Shown: positions 33,189 through 43,345 of the stretch, piece after piece
Position numbering within the stretch: position 1 is the stretch's first letter
How the letters are laid out: each line of letters opens with the position of its first letter
Assembly (NCBI GenBank): GCA_963792945.1
Contig: CAWBYM010000001.1
Span: 137,244-201,243 of the forward strand
DNA length: 64,000 bases
DNA from: an uncultured delta proteobacterium
GTDB taxonomy: Bacteria > Desulfobacterota > Desulfobacteria > Desulfobacterales > SG8-13
Direction of reading: 5' to 3'
Program-made: the position numbers and the translations under genes
The notes under the pieces: model-generated
What the model was told of the DNA's origin: nothing
The model's database searches: none
What the model saw: only the letters and a program-made list of their open reading frames with translations

Positions 33189-33626
33189 TCATTCTCCGAT
33201 ATCGGCGCGCAGCAGCTGCAGCGTTATTTCGCCGACGGTTTTTTTCTGGTGGTCTACGGTACCGTATATTTCGCGAAAATCCTCGAACGCCATACGGTTT
33301 TCGGCCCGGGAGATGAGTTCGGCGCCGATCGGCAGGGTGTCCACCGTCAGTCTGGCCTGCCGAATACCCACAATCCATCCCCTTTTATCGGATCCGGGAC
33401 CGTGTTGTATTTCCCTGATCCAGCCATTGAGAACGCCGGCCGTTTGGGCCACCAACTCGATCAGCACGAGGGTCTGGACGTCACGGCCGGAGCAAAAGGG
33501 CCAGCCGGCTGAAACCACCGATCGGGTGACGGCACGATTGTCGTCGACATGGAGAATCTTTTCGATCAACAACATGCGCCCCCGGTGGGGCAGAATTTTT
33601 TCGGGGGTCATCTCTGTTGGGTGCAT
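33189..33626 (-). CDS. Hotdog dehydratase (ApeP/FabZ-like)
   Basis: LPHRGRMLLI and IELVAQT motifs. Confidence 0.82.
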   Translation of the reverse strand: MHPTEMTPEKILPHRGRMLLIEKILHVDDNRAVTRSVVSAGWPFCSGRDVQTLVLIELVAQTAGVLNGWIREIQHGPGSDKRGWIVGIRQARLTVDTLPIGAELISRAENRMAFEDFREIYGTVDHQKKTVGEITLQLLRADIGE

Positions 33627-33867
33627 GGACGCCCGGCGATCAGGAAAAAAAGATTGAAAAGAGGACATTTATTCAATAAGCTAATTAATTCCAGCACGTG
33701 GTGAATTTAGCATAACAAATTGTAATAATTAGTAAAAAATCCACAGATTGTCAGCAAGGCGCAATGATACAACAAATTTTCGGTGGTGTAAAGCAAGGCC
33801 GGTACTGGAGATCGGCCTTAATCGACAATGACGTGCACACAGGGAAGGGTGACAGGCGGCGCACCGA

Positions 33868-34134
33868 ATGGAACAGCTGATCAACGAACTCAAGACGAAA
33901 ATAATCCATATCCTGGATCTGTCCGATATTGAGCCCGACATGATTGATGCCGACGGTCCGTTGGTGGGTGGTGAGTTGGAACTCGATTCGATCGATGTAT
34001 TGGAAATGGTTATCATGGTCGAGAAGGATTACGGGATTCGCATTGAAAACCGCGAGATCGGAGAGAAGGTCTTTGCGAGCGTGAGGGCCCTGGCGGAATA
34101 CCTGTCTGAAAATGCACCGGGGATTCATAAATGA
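33868..34134 (+). CDS. Acyl carrier protein 2
   Basis: LELDSIDVLE motif. Confidence 0.9.
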   Translation: MEQLINELKTKIIHILDLSDIEPDMIDADGPLVGGELELDSIDVLEMVIMVEKDYGIRIENREIGEKVFASVRALAEYLSENAPGIHK

Positions 34135-36296
34135 CCGGAGTGAGGGTGTTCATTGCCGGAATGGGAATTATCGGTCCTCTCGGTTCCGGCCTTTCGGCAA
34201 CCCAAACAGCCCTTGCCGCAGGAACCAGGGGCATACGGCCGTTGAGCCTCTTTAAGACGACAGGTCAGACGCCGCTTCCTGTTGGTCAAGTTCCGTCCTC
34301 TCTGGAGGGGTCTTCTCTACCCCGAACCCACCAGTTGGCCCGTATCGCTGCCGACCAGGCCATGGCGGATTGCCGCTGCACACCCGATGCGGTGGTGGTG
34401 GGTACGACAACCGGAGGGATGCACACCACCGAACGCCTTTTGAAATCAAACGAGGCCGATCCGAACGCCTACCGCTGGCATGCTGCCGGCTCAGTGGCAG
34501 AAGACCTGGCAAACCGATTTGGCTGCTACGGTGCCGTACTGACCGTTTCGACCGCCTGCTCCTCGGGGGCGGTGGCCATCACGGTCGCCATGGAAATGCT
34601 CCGGTCCGGGCAAGCTCGAAACGTGCTTGCGGGCGGGGCCGATTCCCTCTGCCTCCTGACCTATCACGGCTTCAAAACCCTCCAGCTTATCGACCCTTTG
34701 GGCGCCCGTCCCCTGCACAAGAACCGGCGCGGCATGTCCGTCGCCGAAGGGGCGGCGATGCTCTTGCTTACCGCCGATGAACCCCGCCATGCCGTTGCTG
34801 AAATCCTCGGCGCCGGCCTCTCGTGTGACGCTTACCACCCGACGGCTCCCCAACCTGAGGGCATGGGGGCCTATCGAGCGATGAAGTCCGCACTGGCGGA
34901 TGCCGGCCTGACGGCGGGGACGATCGACTATATCAGTCTGCATGGAACCGGCACTCCGGATAACGACCTTGCAGAAGCCAGAGCCGTCAATCGTCTGTTC
35001 GCGGATTGCCCTCCACCGGTATCATCGGTCAAAGGCACCACCGGGCATCCGCTGGCTGCCGCCGGCGCGGTCGGGGCGGTGATTGCGGGAATCTGTATCA
35101 GCGGGCAGATGATTCCCGCCAACACCGGTACGGATGAGCCGGATCCGGCATTGGGGTTGACGCCGGTGATGACCCCGCGGCAGGCGCCTGTCGGCGCCGT
35201 ACTGTCCAACTCGTTCGGGTTCGGCGGCAACAACGCCTGCATCGTGATCGGATCCCCGGATATATACGGCCGCTCCACCGTCACGACGACCGGCCCCATG
35301 CCGGTGGAGGCCAGCACGTGTATCACCGGCGCTGGCGCCACCGCGGACACCCTGCGACGCTTGAAATCGGGTGAATCCTGCGCCGGCGTCATCGACGCCG
35401 GTCATTTATCCGGCCGGCTGCCCGGCCGTGTCGTCAGGCGGTTGAAATACCTGCCGCGGCTTGCAATGGCGCTCTCGGACGATGCTCATCGCCGATGGGG
35501 GGCCGCCGAGTCGCCGCGTGACATCTTCTTTGGTACCGGGTGGGGCGCACTCTCGGAGACCCACGGGTTTCTCGAAGAGCTGTTTAATACCAAGGAGATG
35601 TTTTCAAGTCCGACCGATTTCATCGGCTCGGTGCACAACGCACCTGCCGGGCAGGTGGCCATGATGTTCGGAGCCACGGGATTGAACATCACTATGACCG
35701 GCGGGGACTACTCGTTTGAACAGGCGCTGGCGACGGCCAGTCTTTTGCGGTCGCGTTCGGATCATACGGCTTTGGTTGTCGGTGCGGATGAATACCATGA
35801 GAAACTCTCCGTCCTATTCGACTCCTCCGTAAGGGCCTCCGGTCTGCCGGCCTCCGGTGGCGGGGCGCTCCTTCTTGGATCCAAATTTTCGACTGCGGCC
35901 GTTACCATTTGGCCGTCTCATTTTGCCAGGGCCGACAACCGAGACGATATTGTGGATGAATTGATACAACGACTCGGCGGCCCGGAGAGGATCAGGGCCG
36001 CATTTGGTGTTTTGCTGGCCGGTATGCCCGCGGCGACCAAAACTTCCGGGACCGATCAGCTGGCGTCCTTTCTGTCCCAAACGGGATTCAAACAAGCAGT
36101 GGTCGACTATCGAAAAATCACGGGGGAGTTTGCCAGTGCATCGGCTGTGGCGGCCTGTATGGCCGTAGAGTGGGCCAAGGTCGGTGAGATTCCCGGTCCT
36201 CTGCGTGGCGGCCGAAAAGCCGAGTTGGCTGGCAAGGGGTGCCTCGTTTTGGGCTTCGGCCGGAACATCACGGCCATGGAAGTGATGCGCCGATGA
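34131..36296 (+). CDS. KS-chain-length-factor fusion
   Basis: N-half STACSSG/LHGTGT/GHPLAA/SNSFGFGG; C-half SPTDFIGSVHNAPAG without a catalytic triad. Confidence 0.88.
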   Translation: MTGVRVFIAGMGIIGPLGSGLSATQTALAAGTRGIRPLSLFKTTGQTPLPVGQVPSSLEGSSLPRTHQLARIAADQAMADCRCTPDAVVVGTTTGGMHTTERLLKSNEADPNAYRWHAAGSVAEDLANRFGCYGAVLTVSTACSSGAVAITVAMEMLRSGQARNVLAGGADSLCLLTYHGFKTLQLIDPLGARPLHKNRRGMSVAEGAAMLLLTADEPRHAVAEILGAGLSCDAYHPTAPQPEGMGAYRAMKSALADAGLTAGTIDYISLHGTGTPDNDLAEARAVNRLFADCPPPVSSVKGTTGHPLAAAGAVGAVIAGICISGQMIPANTGTDEPDPALGLTPVMTPRQAPVGAVLSNSFGFGGNNACIVIGSPDIYGRSTVTTTGPMPVEASTCITGAGATADTLRRLKSGESCAGVIDAGHLSGRLPGRVVRRLKYLPRLAMALSDDAHRRWGAAESPRDIFFGTGWGALSETHGFLEELFNTKEMFSSPTDFIGSVHNAPAGQVAMMFGATGLNITMTGGDYSFEQALATASLLRSRSDHTALVVGADEYHEKLSVLFDSSVRASGLPASGGGALLLGSKFSTAAVTIWPSHFARADNRDDIVDELIQRLGGPERIRAAFGVLLAGMPAATKTSGTDQLASFLSQTGFKQAVVDYRKITGEFASASAVAACMAVEWAKVGEIPGPLRGGRKAELAGKGCLVLGFGRNITAMEVMRR

Positions 36297-37642
36297 AGGT
36301 GCTCCTGGTATCGGCCAATACCCATGAACAGCCCTATCCGGTTTATCCGTTGGGGCTCGATTATGTCGCCGGTGCATTAGAAGACAGTCATCAGGTCCAA
36401 ATCGTCGACATGAATGCCCTCGATGACCCGGGAGCCCTACCCGAGCGCATCGACCGGTTTTCGCCCGATGTCATCGGGCTGTCGATTCGCAATGTCGACA
36501 ATACCGACACGTCGAGGCCTCACGGTTTTTTGGCCGACCATCGCAAGCTGGCCGAAGCGATCCGCTCCTGCTCCAAAGCACCCCTGATTCTCGGTGGGAG
36601 TGGATTCACCATTTTTCCCCTTGAGACGCTTCACGCGCTGGGAGCCGATTACGGTATTGTCGGCGAAGGCGAAAGGCTATCCCTGCTGCTGGCCGCCATC
36701 GAGAACCGGCAGGATGTTTCTGCAATGCCGGGGATCGTGACGCCGCATTCTCCGGCGGTGACACCCGCACCTTGGGAAAGTGGGATCCGGAGGAAATTCG
36801 ACCCCGATCAGACTCACGTCGCCTATTACCTGAAAAAGGGCGGCATGCTCAACCTCCAGAGCAAACGGGGGTGCCGATTCAACTGTATCTACTGCACTTA
36901 TCCGCATATCGAGGGACGATCTGCGCGACTGTTTGAACCGGACGAGGTCGCGCTGACCGCACGCCGGCTGCAGGATGCCGGGGCGAAATACTTTTTCGTG
37001 ACCGACTCCGCTTTCAATTCCAGTGCCAATCATAGCCTGGCCGTGGCGCGAGCCTTCAAAAAAGCCGGTATATCGATACCCTGGGGTGCTTTTTTCGCCC
37101 CGGTGGCCCCGGAGGAGGACTATTTTCGGGTCTTGGCCGATGCCGGCCTAAGCCACGTCGAGTTCGGGACCGAATCTTTGTCCGAGGGGGTGATCCGCGC
37201 CTACCGCAAGCCTTTTGGGGTCGGGGATGTGTTCAAGGCGCATGCGGCGGCGATAGATGCCGGTCTTAACGTCGCCCATTACTTCCTGTTGGGCGGGCCC
37301 GGTGAAAGCCCAAAAACCGTAGATCGAACGCTGGAGCGGATTGCAACCCTTGATGGTTGTGTGCTGTTTTTTTTCTGCGGGATGCGGATCTATCCCCAAA
37401 CCCGGTTGTTTGATATGGCTCGAAAAGAAGGCCAGCTGGCCGGAAAGGGATCGCTGCTGGAACCGGTCTTCTACCGGTCCGTATCGATAAACGACCGGGC
37501 GATCATGGCGATGGTTCAGGAGCGGGCCGCAGGGCGTCCCAACTGGGTCATCGGCGACGGCGGAGAACGCACCACCGCAGTGATTTCCCGGTTGTATGCG
37601 CGCGGACATACCGGCCCGTTATGGGAACACCTTATCCGTTGA
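36293..37642 (+). CDS. Lipid biosynthesis B12-binding radical SAM protein 3 (TIGR04072-like)
   Basis: MKVLLVSAN...PYPVYPLG, SIRNVDN, KRGCRFNCIYCTYP, GGPGE, GMRIYP; ATGA overlap with the KS fusion. Confidence 0.88.
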   Translation: MKVLLVSANTHEQPYPVYPLGLDYVAGALEDSHQVQIVDMNALDDPGALPERIDRFSPDVIGLSIRNVDNTDTSRPHGFLADHRKLAEAIRSCSKAPLILGGSGFTIFPLETLHALGADYGIVGEGERLSLLLAAIENRQDVSAMPGIVTPHSPAVTPAPWESGIRRKFDPDQTHVAYYLKKGGMLNLQSKRGCRFNCIYCTYPHIEGRSARLFEPDEVALTARRLQDAGAKYFFVTDSAFNSSANHSLAVARAFKKAGISIPWGAFFAPVAPEEDYFRVLADAGLSHVEFGTESLSEGVIRAYRKPFGVGDVFKAHAAAIDAGLNVAHYFLLGGPGESPKTVDRTLERIATLDGCVLFFFCGMRIYPQTRLFDMARKEGQLAGKGSLLEPVFYRSVSINDRAIMAMVQERAAGRPNWVIGDGGERTTAVISRLYARGHTGPLWEHLIR

Positions 37643-37737
37643 GATTTCGACCGCAGGCTTTCTCATACCGACATCCTGTACTTTGCCGGGTTTGAGGGTT
37701 GAACTTTTATTCATTTTCGACTAATTTAGCGGTTTCC

Positions 37738-38103
37738 ATGTGGCATGAGATCGATAAAATTGAAGTGTCCGATTCGGGCGAGCTGTCCACCGAGCTTCGT
37801 GTGCCCGCCGCCTCTTTTTGGTTTTCCGGCCATTTCCCCGGCGATCCGATCCTGCCGGGGATCGCTCAACTCGGGATCGTGCACGAGACCATACGCAGGG
37901 TTGTCGGACCTGATTGCCGGCTGGCCGAGGTCAGACGCGTAAAATTCAGGAAGATCATCAGGCCTGATGATGAGCTGAAAATCTTCATATCGAAAAAGAC
38001 GGGCAGGGAAGGGACCTACACCTTTCGAATCGTCGCGGACGACGGACCGGCCTGCAGCGGAAATTTCATTCTGGAAAAGGGCCGTCGGGGACCGAAGGCC
38101 TGA
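37738..38103 (+). CDS. Hotdog dehydratase (FabA/FabZ, ApeI-like)
   Basis: WFSGHFPGDPILPGIAQL, VKFRKIIRP. Confidence 0.85.
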   Translation: MWHEIDKIEVSDSGELSTELRVPAASFWFSGHFPGDPILPGIAQLGIVHETIRRVVGPDCRLAEVRRVKFRKIIRPDDELKIFISKKTGREGTYTFRIVADDGPACSGNFILEKGRRGPKA

Positions 38104-38139
38104 CGGATCCATTTCCTAGCGCACAAGGAGCACGCAGCA

Positions 38140-38430
38140 ATGACCACGGAGATCAACATCGATAAAATCATTCTTCGAGTGGCCGAGATCACCATTCAAG
38201 AGCTGAAGCTCGAAGACGTGACCCCCGAGACATTTGACCCGCTGATCGACCTTGTCGACGAGGTCGGCGTCGACAGTATGGATTTGGCCACAGTGGCTCT
38301 GGTTATCCGTGATGAATACGCCATCAGAATCGACGAGGATGACTACCCCAAACTGACCAACATTAAACTGATTTCGGAATATATCGAACGCAAGTTGAAG
38401 GAAAAGGCCGCCGAGGGGACTGCTGCGTGA
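38140..38430 (+). CDS. Acyl carrier protein 3
   Basis: VGVDSMDL motif, acidic, AAGGAG RBS. Confidence 0.88.
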   Translation: MTTEINIDKIILRVAEITIQELKLEDVTPETFDPLIDLVDEVGVDSMDLATVALVIRDEYAIRIDEDDYPKLTNIKLISEYIERKLKEKAAEGTAA

Positions 38431-39536
38431 ATCCGGAGGATCTCTTGACCATTGAATCCGAAACAAATGGCGCCAAGGGAAGCCCAATGACCGGAAAAGA
38501 TTGGAAGTTTTCGGATATATTGGCCGATCCTTTGATTGGCGAGCGTTGGCGGAAAGTCAAAGAGTGGTTCTTCCTGAGAGAATCAACCTATGACATGACC
38601 AATCGCTGTAATATCCGCTGCAACGGTTGCTACTATTACGAGGGGGAGAAGCAGTTTGCACCGGAAAACCGGGACCCGCAGGCCTGGCGGCACTTGATGC
38701 AGGCGGAGAAGAAACGTGGAATCACCTATGCCGTTCTGGCCGGTGCGGAACCGGCCCTGGTGCCCGAACTCTGCGAAGTCTGCTACCAGGAGATACCCCT
38801 GGGGACCATTGCCACCAACGGGTTGCGGTCCCTTCCGGAATCGATTCAGTATCGCATTCACATCTCCGTATGGGGGACCGACGATACCAGCCTGAAAATT
38901 CGCGGGGCGAAAAACATGCTCAGGCAGCAGCTCGATAATTACCGCCATGATCCCAGGGCTGTATTTGTCTATACGTTCACTCGCTCGAACATCGAACAGG
39001 CCCGCGAGGTGGCGGATATTCTCGCCGGCAACGGGTGCCGGCTGACTTTCAACATGTTCTCGGCCCCCGTAGCCTATAACGGCGACTTGCGCCATACGGC
39101 CGCTTCGCTGAGAGAATGCCGCCAGACGATGGCCGCGCTCTTGGATAAATTTCCGCAGGCGGTTATTTTTTCCCATTACAACGCCGTTGTCCACACCCAG
39201 GAGTCGGGGCTGCATCACCTGTTCAGCTGCCCCTATCCGCGCATGAACCCGTCGAAGGCTCTCGGGCTCGGTCGGTCATTCCGCCAGTACCGGGCCGATC
39301 TGTCGTGGAACCGAAATGCGGCCTGCTGCGTGCCGGATACCGATTGCGGCGACTGCCGTCACTATGCATCGGGAAGCGCCGTCGTTACGGCCCGGATGTT
39401 CCGCCACGCGACGGACCCGGACACCTTTAAAGCCTGGCTCGACTACGTTGATGCCTACCTGGCGGTATGGGTGATGGGGTATGAGAAGGGATCCAACCTG
39501 TCAGAGTCTCTGATCATGCCCCCCGGGCAGGGATAA
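38427..39536 (+). CDS. Radical SAM protein A (no B12 domain, Cys-rich C-terminus); alternative start at 38487
   Basis: TNRCNIRCNGCYY, GAEP, ATNG; C-term CP...CCVPDTDCGDC. Confidence 0.88.
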   Translation: MNPEDLLTIESETNGAKGSPMTGKDWKFSDILADPLIGERWRKVKEWFFLRESTYDMTNRCNIRCNGCYYYEGEKQFAPENRDPQAWRHLMQAEKKRGITYAVLAGAEPALVPELCEVCYQEIPLGTIATNGLRSLPESIQYRIHISVWGTDDTSLKIRGAKNMLRQQLDNYRHDPRAVFVYTFTRSNIEQAREVADILAGNGCRLTFNMFSAPVAYNGDLRHTAASLRECRQTMAALLDKFPQAVIFSHYNAVVHTQESGLHHLFSCPYPRMNPSKALGLGRSFRQYRADLSWNRNAACCVPDTDCGDCRHYASGSAVVTARMFRHATDPDTFKAWLDYVDAYLAVWVMGYEKGSNLSESLIMPPGQG

Positions 39537-39742
39537 ACCTGTCGCAGTTTCCAAAGATGTTATGTTTCACGGCCAGGATGGCGGCGGCGACACGGGCGCC
39601 TTTCCGACCGGCGGGCATATGTTTTCGGCACAGGCGGGATACATTGCCCATCTAACCGGGTGCCGCCGCGGTGGTCGGGCCCAGCGACATTCAATCCATT
39701 GACACTCCGCAGACGTGACGCCGTCGCACAGGGAGTTATCGC

Positions 39743-40741
39743 ATGAAGACCGTCAGCTCGTTGCTGAATCCAGAATGGTATGAGCGGTACAAGAGAATCT
39801 CGAAACTGAACATCAGGAGCTCCATCTACGATGTCACCAACCGGTGCAACCTGCGCTGCAAGGGCTGTTTTTTCTTTTCTTCCGGTGAACACGAAGTCGC
39901 CCCGGAGGAGATGGATATCAAAAAGTGGGAAGCGTTCATTGAAAATGAGAAGACGCGGGGAGTAAATCTGGCCATTCTCATCGGCGGTGAACCGACGCTT
40001 TGCCTCGACAGGGTCGAGGCCTTCTACAAGCGCCTGCCCACCTTCTGCGCCACCAATGGCGTAATCAAGGTCCCGCGGGACCGATTCCCGGACATGATGA
40101 TCGGCATCTCCCTGTGGGGGGACGAAGAAGACGAAAAAACCCTGCGCGGCAAAGACACCTTCCGTATCTCGAGCACCAACTATGCCGGCGACCCTTATGT
40201 CTACTATCTTTACACCATTACACCCAACCAGATCGGCAAAACAGAGAGGATTATCCGCAAAATAAAAGATGCGGGGCTCAAGGTGCATCTGCAGCTGCTT
40301 TCGAACGACGAGGGAGTCAGTGGGTTTTCCTGGACCCCGAGCCAGCTCGAGGCCATCCGCCTGGAAATGGACGCTATGCTGGATTCCTATCCGGAAACCA
40401 TGATATCCTCCAAATATTACCATGAGATCATTACCACCGGAACCATGCTGGGCCGCCGTTTCGGATGGGCGGAGTGCCCTTCGGTGACACTGCCGCTGGA
40501 CTACCGCGAACCACGTCCCAAGCGTTTGATTGAATTCATCCGCTGGGCGTCGGATCTCAACACCATGCATCGCTGCTGTACCTCGGAGACCCGGGATTGC
40601 TCCACCTGCAAGGACGGCGCGGCGCACATGAGCTGGGTGATGGTCAACAAACGGGCCCACATTCGGTCGACCAAGGACCTCCAGAACTGGATAGAGGTCT
40701 ATGAGATGTTTGCTAAGCTCTATCAGTTTATTCCCTGGTAA
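39743..40741 (+). CDS. Radical SAM protein B (paralog of A)
   Basis: TNRCNLRCKGCFF, GGEP, ATNG; C-term CP...CCTSETRDCSTC. Confidence 0.88.
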   Translation: MKTVSSLLNPEWYERYKRISKLNIRSSIYDVTNRCNLRCKGCFFFSSGEHEVAPEEMDIKKWEAFIENEKTRGVNLAILIGGEPTLCLDRVEAFYKRLPTFCATNGVIKVPRDRFPDMMIGISLWGDEEDEKTLRGKDTFRISSTNYAGDPYVYYLYTITPNQIGKTERIIRKIKDAGLKVHLQLLSNDEGVSGFSWTPSQLEAIRLEMDAMLDSYPETMISSKYYHEIITTGTMLGRRFGWAECPSVTLPLDYREPRPKRLIEFIRWASDLNTMHRCCTSETRDCSTCKDGAAHMSWVMVNKRAHIRSTKDLQNWIEVYEMFAKLYQFIPW

Positions 40742-40826
40742 TCTCGATGGCCCCGTTATGAAACGAATTCCTTGCGCGCCGACCGTTCGAAGGGACGGTC
40801 GTGCGCGGTTGCTAAAACCGTGATGT

Positions 40827-42077
40827 ATGTCGACGAAGAATGCCGTCATTGTCGGTTATGATGCCATATCGGCCCTGGGGACCGATCTCGACAGCCAATG
40901 GAATCGGGCCGTTGCCGGGCAGAGCGGCATCGGTCGCTTGAGCCGCTTTTCCTATCCCGATGATTTTCCAGTGCAAATCGCCGGAGAGGTGGCAGAAATC
41001 GATACCTCCCCCTATCCCTTTCTCAGCGCACGCAGTCTGGCCCTGTGGCCATCTCCGATTTTCAAGTATGCCATGCTCGTTGTCCACCGGGCGCTTACCG
41101 CAAGCGGCGTGGTGGTCACCCCGGAAATCGCCCCTCGAGTCGCCGTGACGTTCAGTTCGGCCGTCGGCGGGCAGGATGCCGTGCTGGCAGCCGACCGGCA
41201 GATGATTGCTGAAGGCCGGCTGCCGCCACCCTATGCCAACCCGAACACCTGTATCAACATGGTCGGCGGCAAAATATCAATTCTGACCGGGGCGACGGGA
41301 CCGATCACCGCCGCCATTGCGGCCTGCGCCACCGGATTGACTTCGATGATCGTCGGCACGATGCTGCTCGAGGCCGGTCGCGCCGATGTGGCCATTTGCG
41401 GTGCGGTTGATTTCGCGTTGGTCGAGCCCATTGTCGCCGGTTTTGCGACCATGAACGGCGCCTTTCAGGACCATCCCGGCCGTCCGAAGGAACCTCCGGC
41501 CAGGGCGAGCCGGCCATTTTCGATCGACAGGCGCGGTTTTGTCATCTCCGAAGGGGCCGGTTGCATCATCTTGGCCACCAAAGCCTTTGCCGATACCCAT
41601 AGCCTGGCCTACGATACCCGGATCGCCGGGTGGAGCATGACCTCGGATGCCTACCATTTCGTGGCCCCCCGGCTCGATACCGTTGCCCGCTGTATGGCTG
41701 AAAGCATTGACATGGCCGGAATATCCATACATGATGTCGCTTCCGTAAATGCCCACGCGGCCTCCACCAAAATCGGCGACAGGGCGGAATACCAGGCCCT
41801 GAAAACGATATTCGGCCGGAACATCCCGCCGGTGACGGCCAATAAATCCTTGATCGGTCATGCCATGGGCGCATCCAGCGCCATCGAGTCGATCTTTGCC
41901 GTGGAAGGGATGCGCAGAGGCCTTCTCCTGCCGACGATAAATTATACACCCGACCCGGAACTGAGCCTCGACTGTGTTCCGGAAGGATCGCGCCGCCTCG
42001 AACAGGAATTCGTGCTGAAGAATTCATTCGGTTTCGGCGGCTGCAATGCTTGCCTGGTCTTGCACAGGATCGCCTGA
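40827..42077 (+). CDS. Beta-ketoacyl-ACP synthase (FabF-like)
   Basis: AACATG, NAHAAST, GHAMGA, NSFGFGG. Confidence 0.9.
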   Translation: MSTKNAVIVGYDAISALGTDLDSQWNRAVAGQSGIGRLSRFSYPDDFPVQIAGEVAEIDTSPYPFLSARSLALWPSPIFKYAMLVVHRALTASGVVVTPEIAPRVAVTFSSAVGGQDAVLAADRQMIAEGRLPPPYANPNTCINMVGGKISILTGATGPITAAIAACATGLTSMIVGTMLLEAGRADVAICGAVDFALVEPIVAGFATMNGAFQDHPGRPKEPPARASRPFSIDRRGFVISEGAGCIILATKAFADTHSLAYDTRIAGWSMTSDAYHFVAPRLDTVARCMAESIDMAGISIHDVASVNAHAASTKIGDRAEYQALKTIFGRNIPPVTANKSLIGHAMGASSAIESIFAVEGMRRGLLLPTINYTPDPELSLDCVPEGSRRLEQEFVLKNSFGFGGCNACLVLHRIA

Positions 42078-42078
42078 G

Positions 42079-43344
42079 ATGAAAGCATCCCTTAATAGAC
42101 GCGTATTTGTTGTGGGTTACGCAGCAGCGACGCCTCTGGGCCGGACCTTTGAGGCAACCTGGCAGAAAGCCGTGGCAGGAGAAGCGGGTTTCCGGAGACT
42201 GACCCGCCACAAGATGGAGCCGGATACGCCCATCGTGGGCGAGATTCCGGATTTCGATCCGGCCGACCTCGATTTCGTGCCGCCCAGAGAGGCCTATAAC
42301 TGGAATGCCGGCTACGTCTTTTTGACAATGGCCGTGTGCCGCGAGGCCCTATGGCACGCCGGCCTGGAGATCAATCAGGAAACCGGACCGCGTACGGCCT
42401 GTCTTATCGGGTCCGCGCTCAACGGGACGGATGCGTTCCGGGTGGCCGCGGACAATTACCTGAATCGCGGCCCGCTGAAAGTGAGCCCCTATCTTCTGCC
42501 CAACCTGTGCGCCAATCTCCCTTCCGGCAAAGTCGGCATGCTGCTGGGTTTTACCGGTCCGATTTTTTCGCCCCAAGGGGCCTGTGCTTCCGGGAACCAC
42601 GCCATCGGTATCGGCGCTCGGATGATCAGGGACGGTGATTGCGATTTCGTGCTTGCCGGAGGGGTGGATACCTGCCTGATTCCAGAAATCATCCAGGGAT
42701 TCGCCAACATGCTGGCCACGATCTACGTCACACCGCAGGACCGGGCTTACGACGACCCGCGCCAGGCTTCACGCCCTTTCAGCATCGACCGCAAAGGGAT
42801 TGTTCTTTCCGAAGGGGCCGGGGTGGTCGTATTGGCCGCAGAGGATAAACTGGCGCACTGGGGCTTGAGAGCCAGGGCGGAGGTGGCGGGAGTCGGTTGG
42901 ACCTCCGATGCCTTTCACTTCACCTTGCCCAACGCGGCCACGATCGTCAGGGCCATCCGTGATGCCGTCGACGATGCGGGAGTCGCGACGGGCGACATCG
43001 CCTATGTCAGTGCCCACGGCACTTCGACCCAAAAGGGCGACAAGGTCGAAATCGAGTGCCTGCGGGAGGTGTTTGGCCGCAAACTGGCAGCGATTCCGGT
43101 CTCGTCGAACAAATCGCAGATCGGCCATACTCTCGGTGCCTCAGCGGCCATCGAGGCCGCCCTGGGCATCGAGGCGATGCAGCAGGGGCTGGTCCTGCCC
43201 ACGGTCAACCATATCCCCGATCCGGAACTCGCCGATGTGGATGTCGTACCGCAAGCGGCCCGCCGGCACGCCCATGAATTCTTCCTGTCCAACGCCTTCG
43301 GTTTTGGCGGGACCAACTGCTGTATCGTTTTCAGAGGAGTTTGA
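42079..43344 (+). CDS. Beta-ketoacyl-ACP synthase (FabF-like)
   Basis: GACASG, SAHGTST, GHTLGA, NAFGFGG; ATG at 42079. Confidence 0.9.
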   Translation: MKASLNRRVFVVGYAAATPLGRTFEATWQKAVAGEAGFRRLTRHKMEPDTPIVGEIPDFDPADLDFVPPREAYNWNAGYVFLTMAVCREALWHAGLEINQETGPRTACLIGSALNGTDAFRVAADNYLNRGPLKVSPYLLPNLCANLPSGKVGMLLGFTGPIFSPQGACASGNHAIGIGARMIRDGDCDFVLAGGVDTCLIPEIIQGFANMLATIYVTPQDRAYDDPRQASRPFSIDRKGIVLSEGAGVVVLAAEDKLAHWGLRARAEVAGVGWTSDAFHFTLPNAATIVRAIRDAVDDAGVATGDIAYVSAHGTSTQKGDKVEIECLREVFGRKLAAIPVSSNKSQIGHTLGASAAIEAALGIEAMQQGLVLPTVNHIPDPELADVDVVPQAARRHAHEFFLSNAFGFGGTNCCIVFRGV

Positions 43345-43345
43345 G

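Noticed and set aside
26338-37642. Calling the product a ladderane
   Set aside because: Ladderanes are known only from anammox bacteria and the pathway is unproven. Similar gene content in sulfate/metal reducers does not establish the product.
38140-40741. RiPP (ranthipeptide/sactipeptide) interpretation of the rSAM pair
   Set aside because: The adjacent small ORF is an ACP (DSM motif), not a precursor peptide. No RRE domain or canonical SPASM spacing is evident, and the context is fatty-acid synthesis.
39560-40849. 429 aa minus-strand ORF, and similar long antisense ORFs at 24029-25186, 28974-30008, 19706-20524 and 1060-1830
   Set aside because: These are shadow ORFs opposite well-supported genes in GC-rich DNA and have no motifs.
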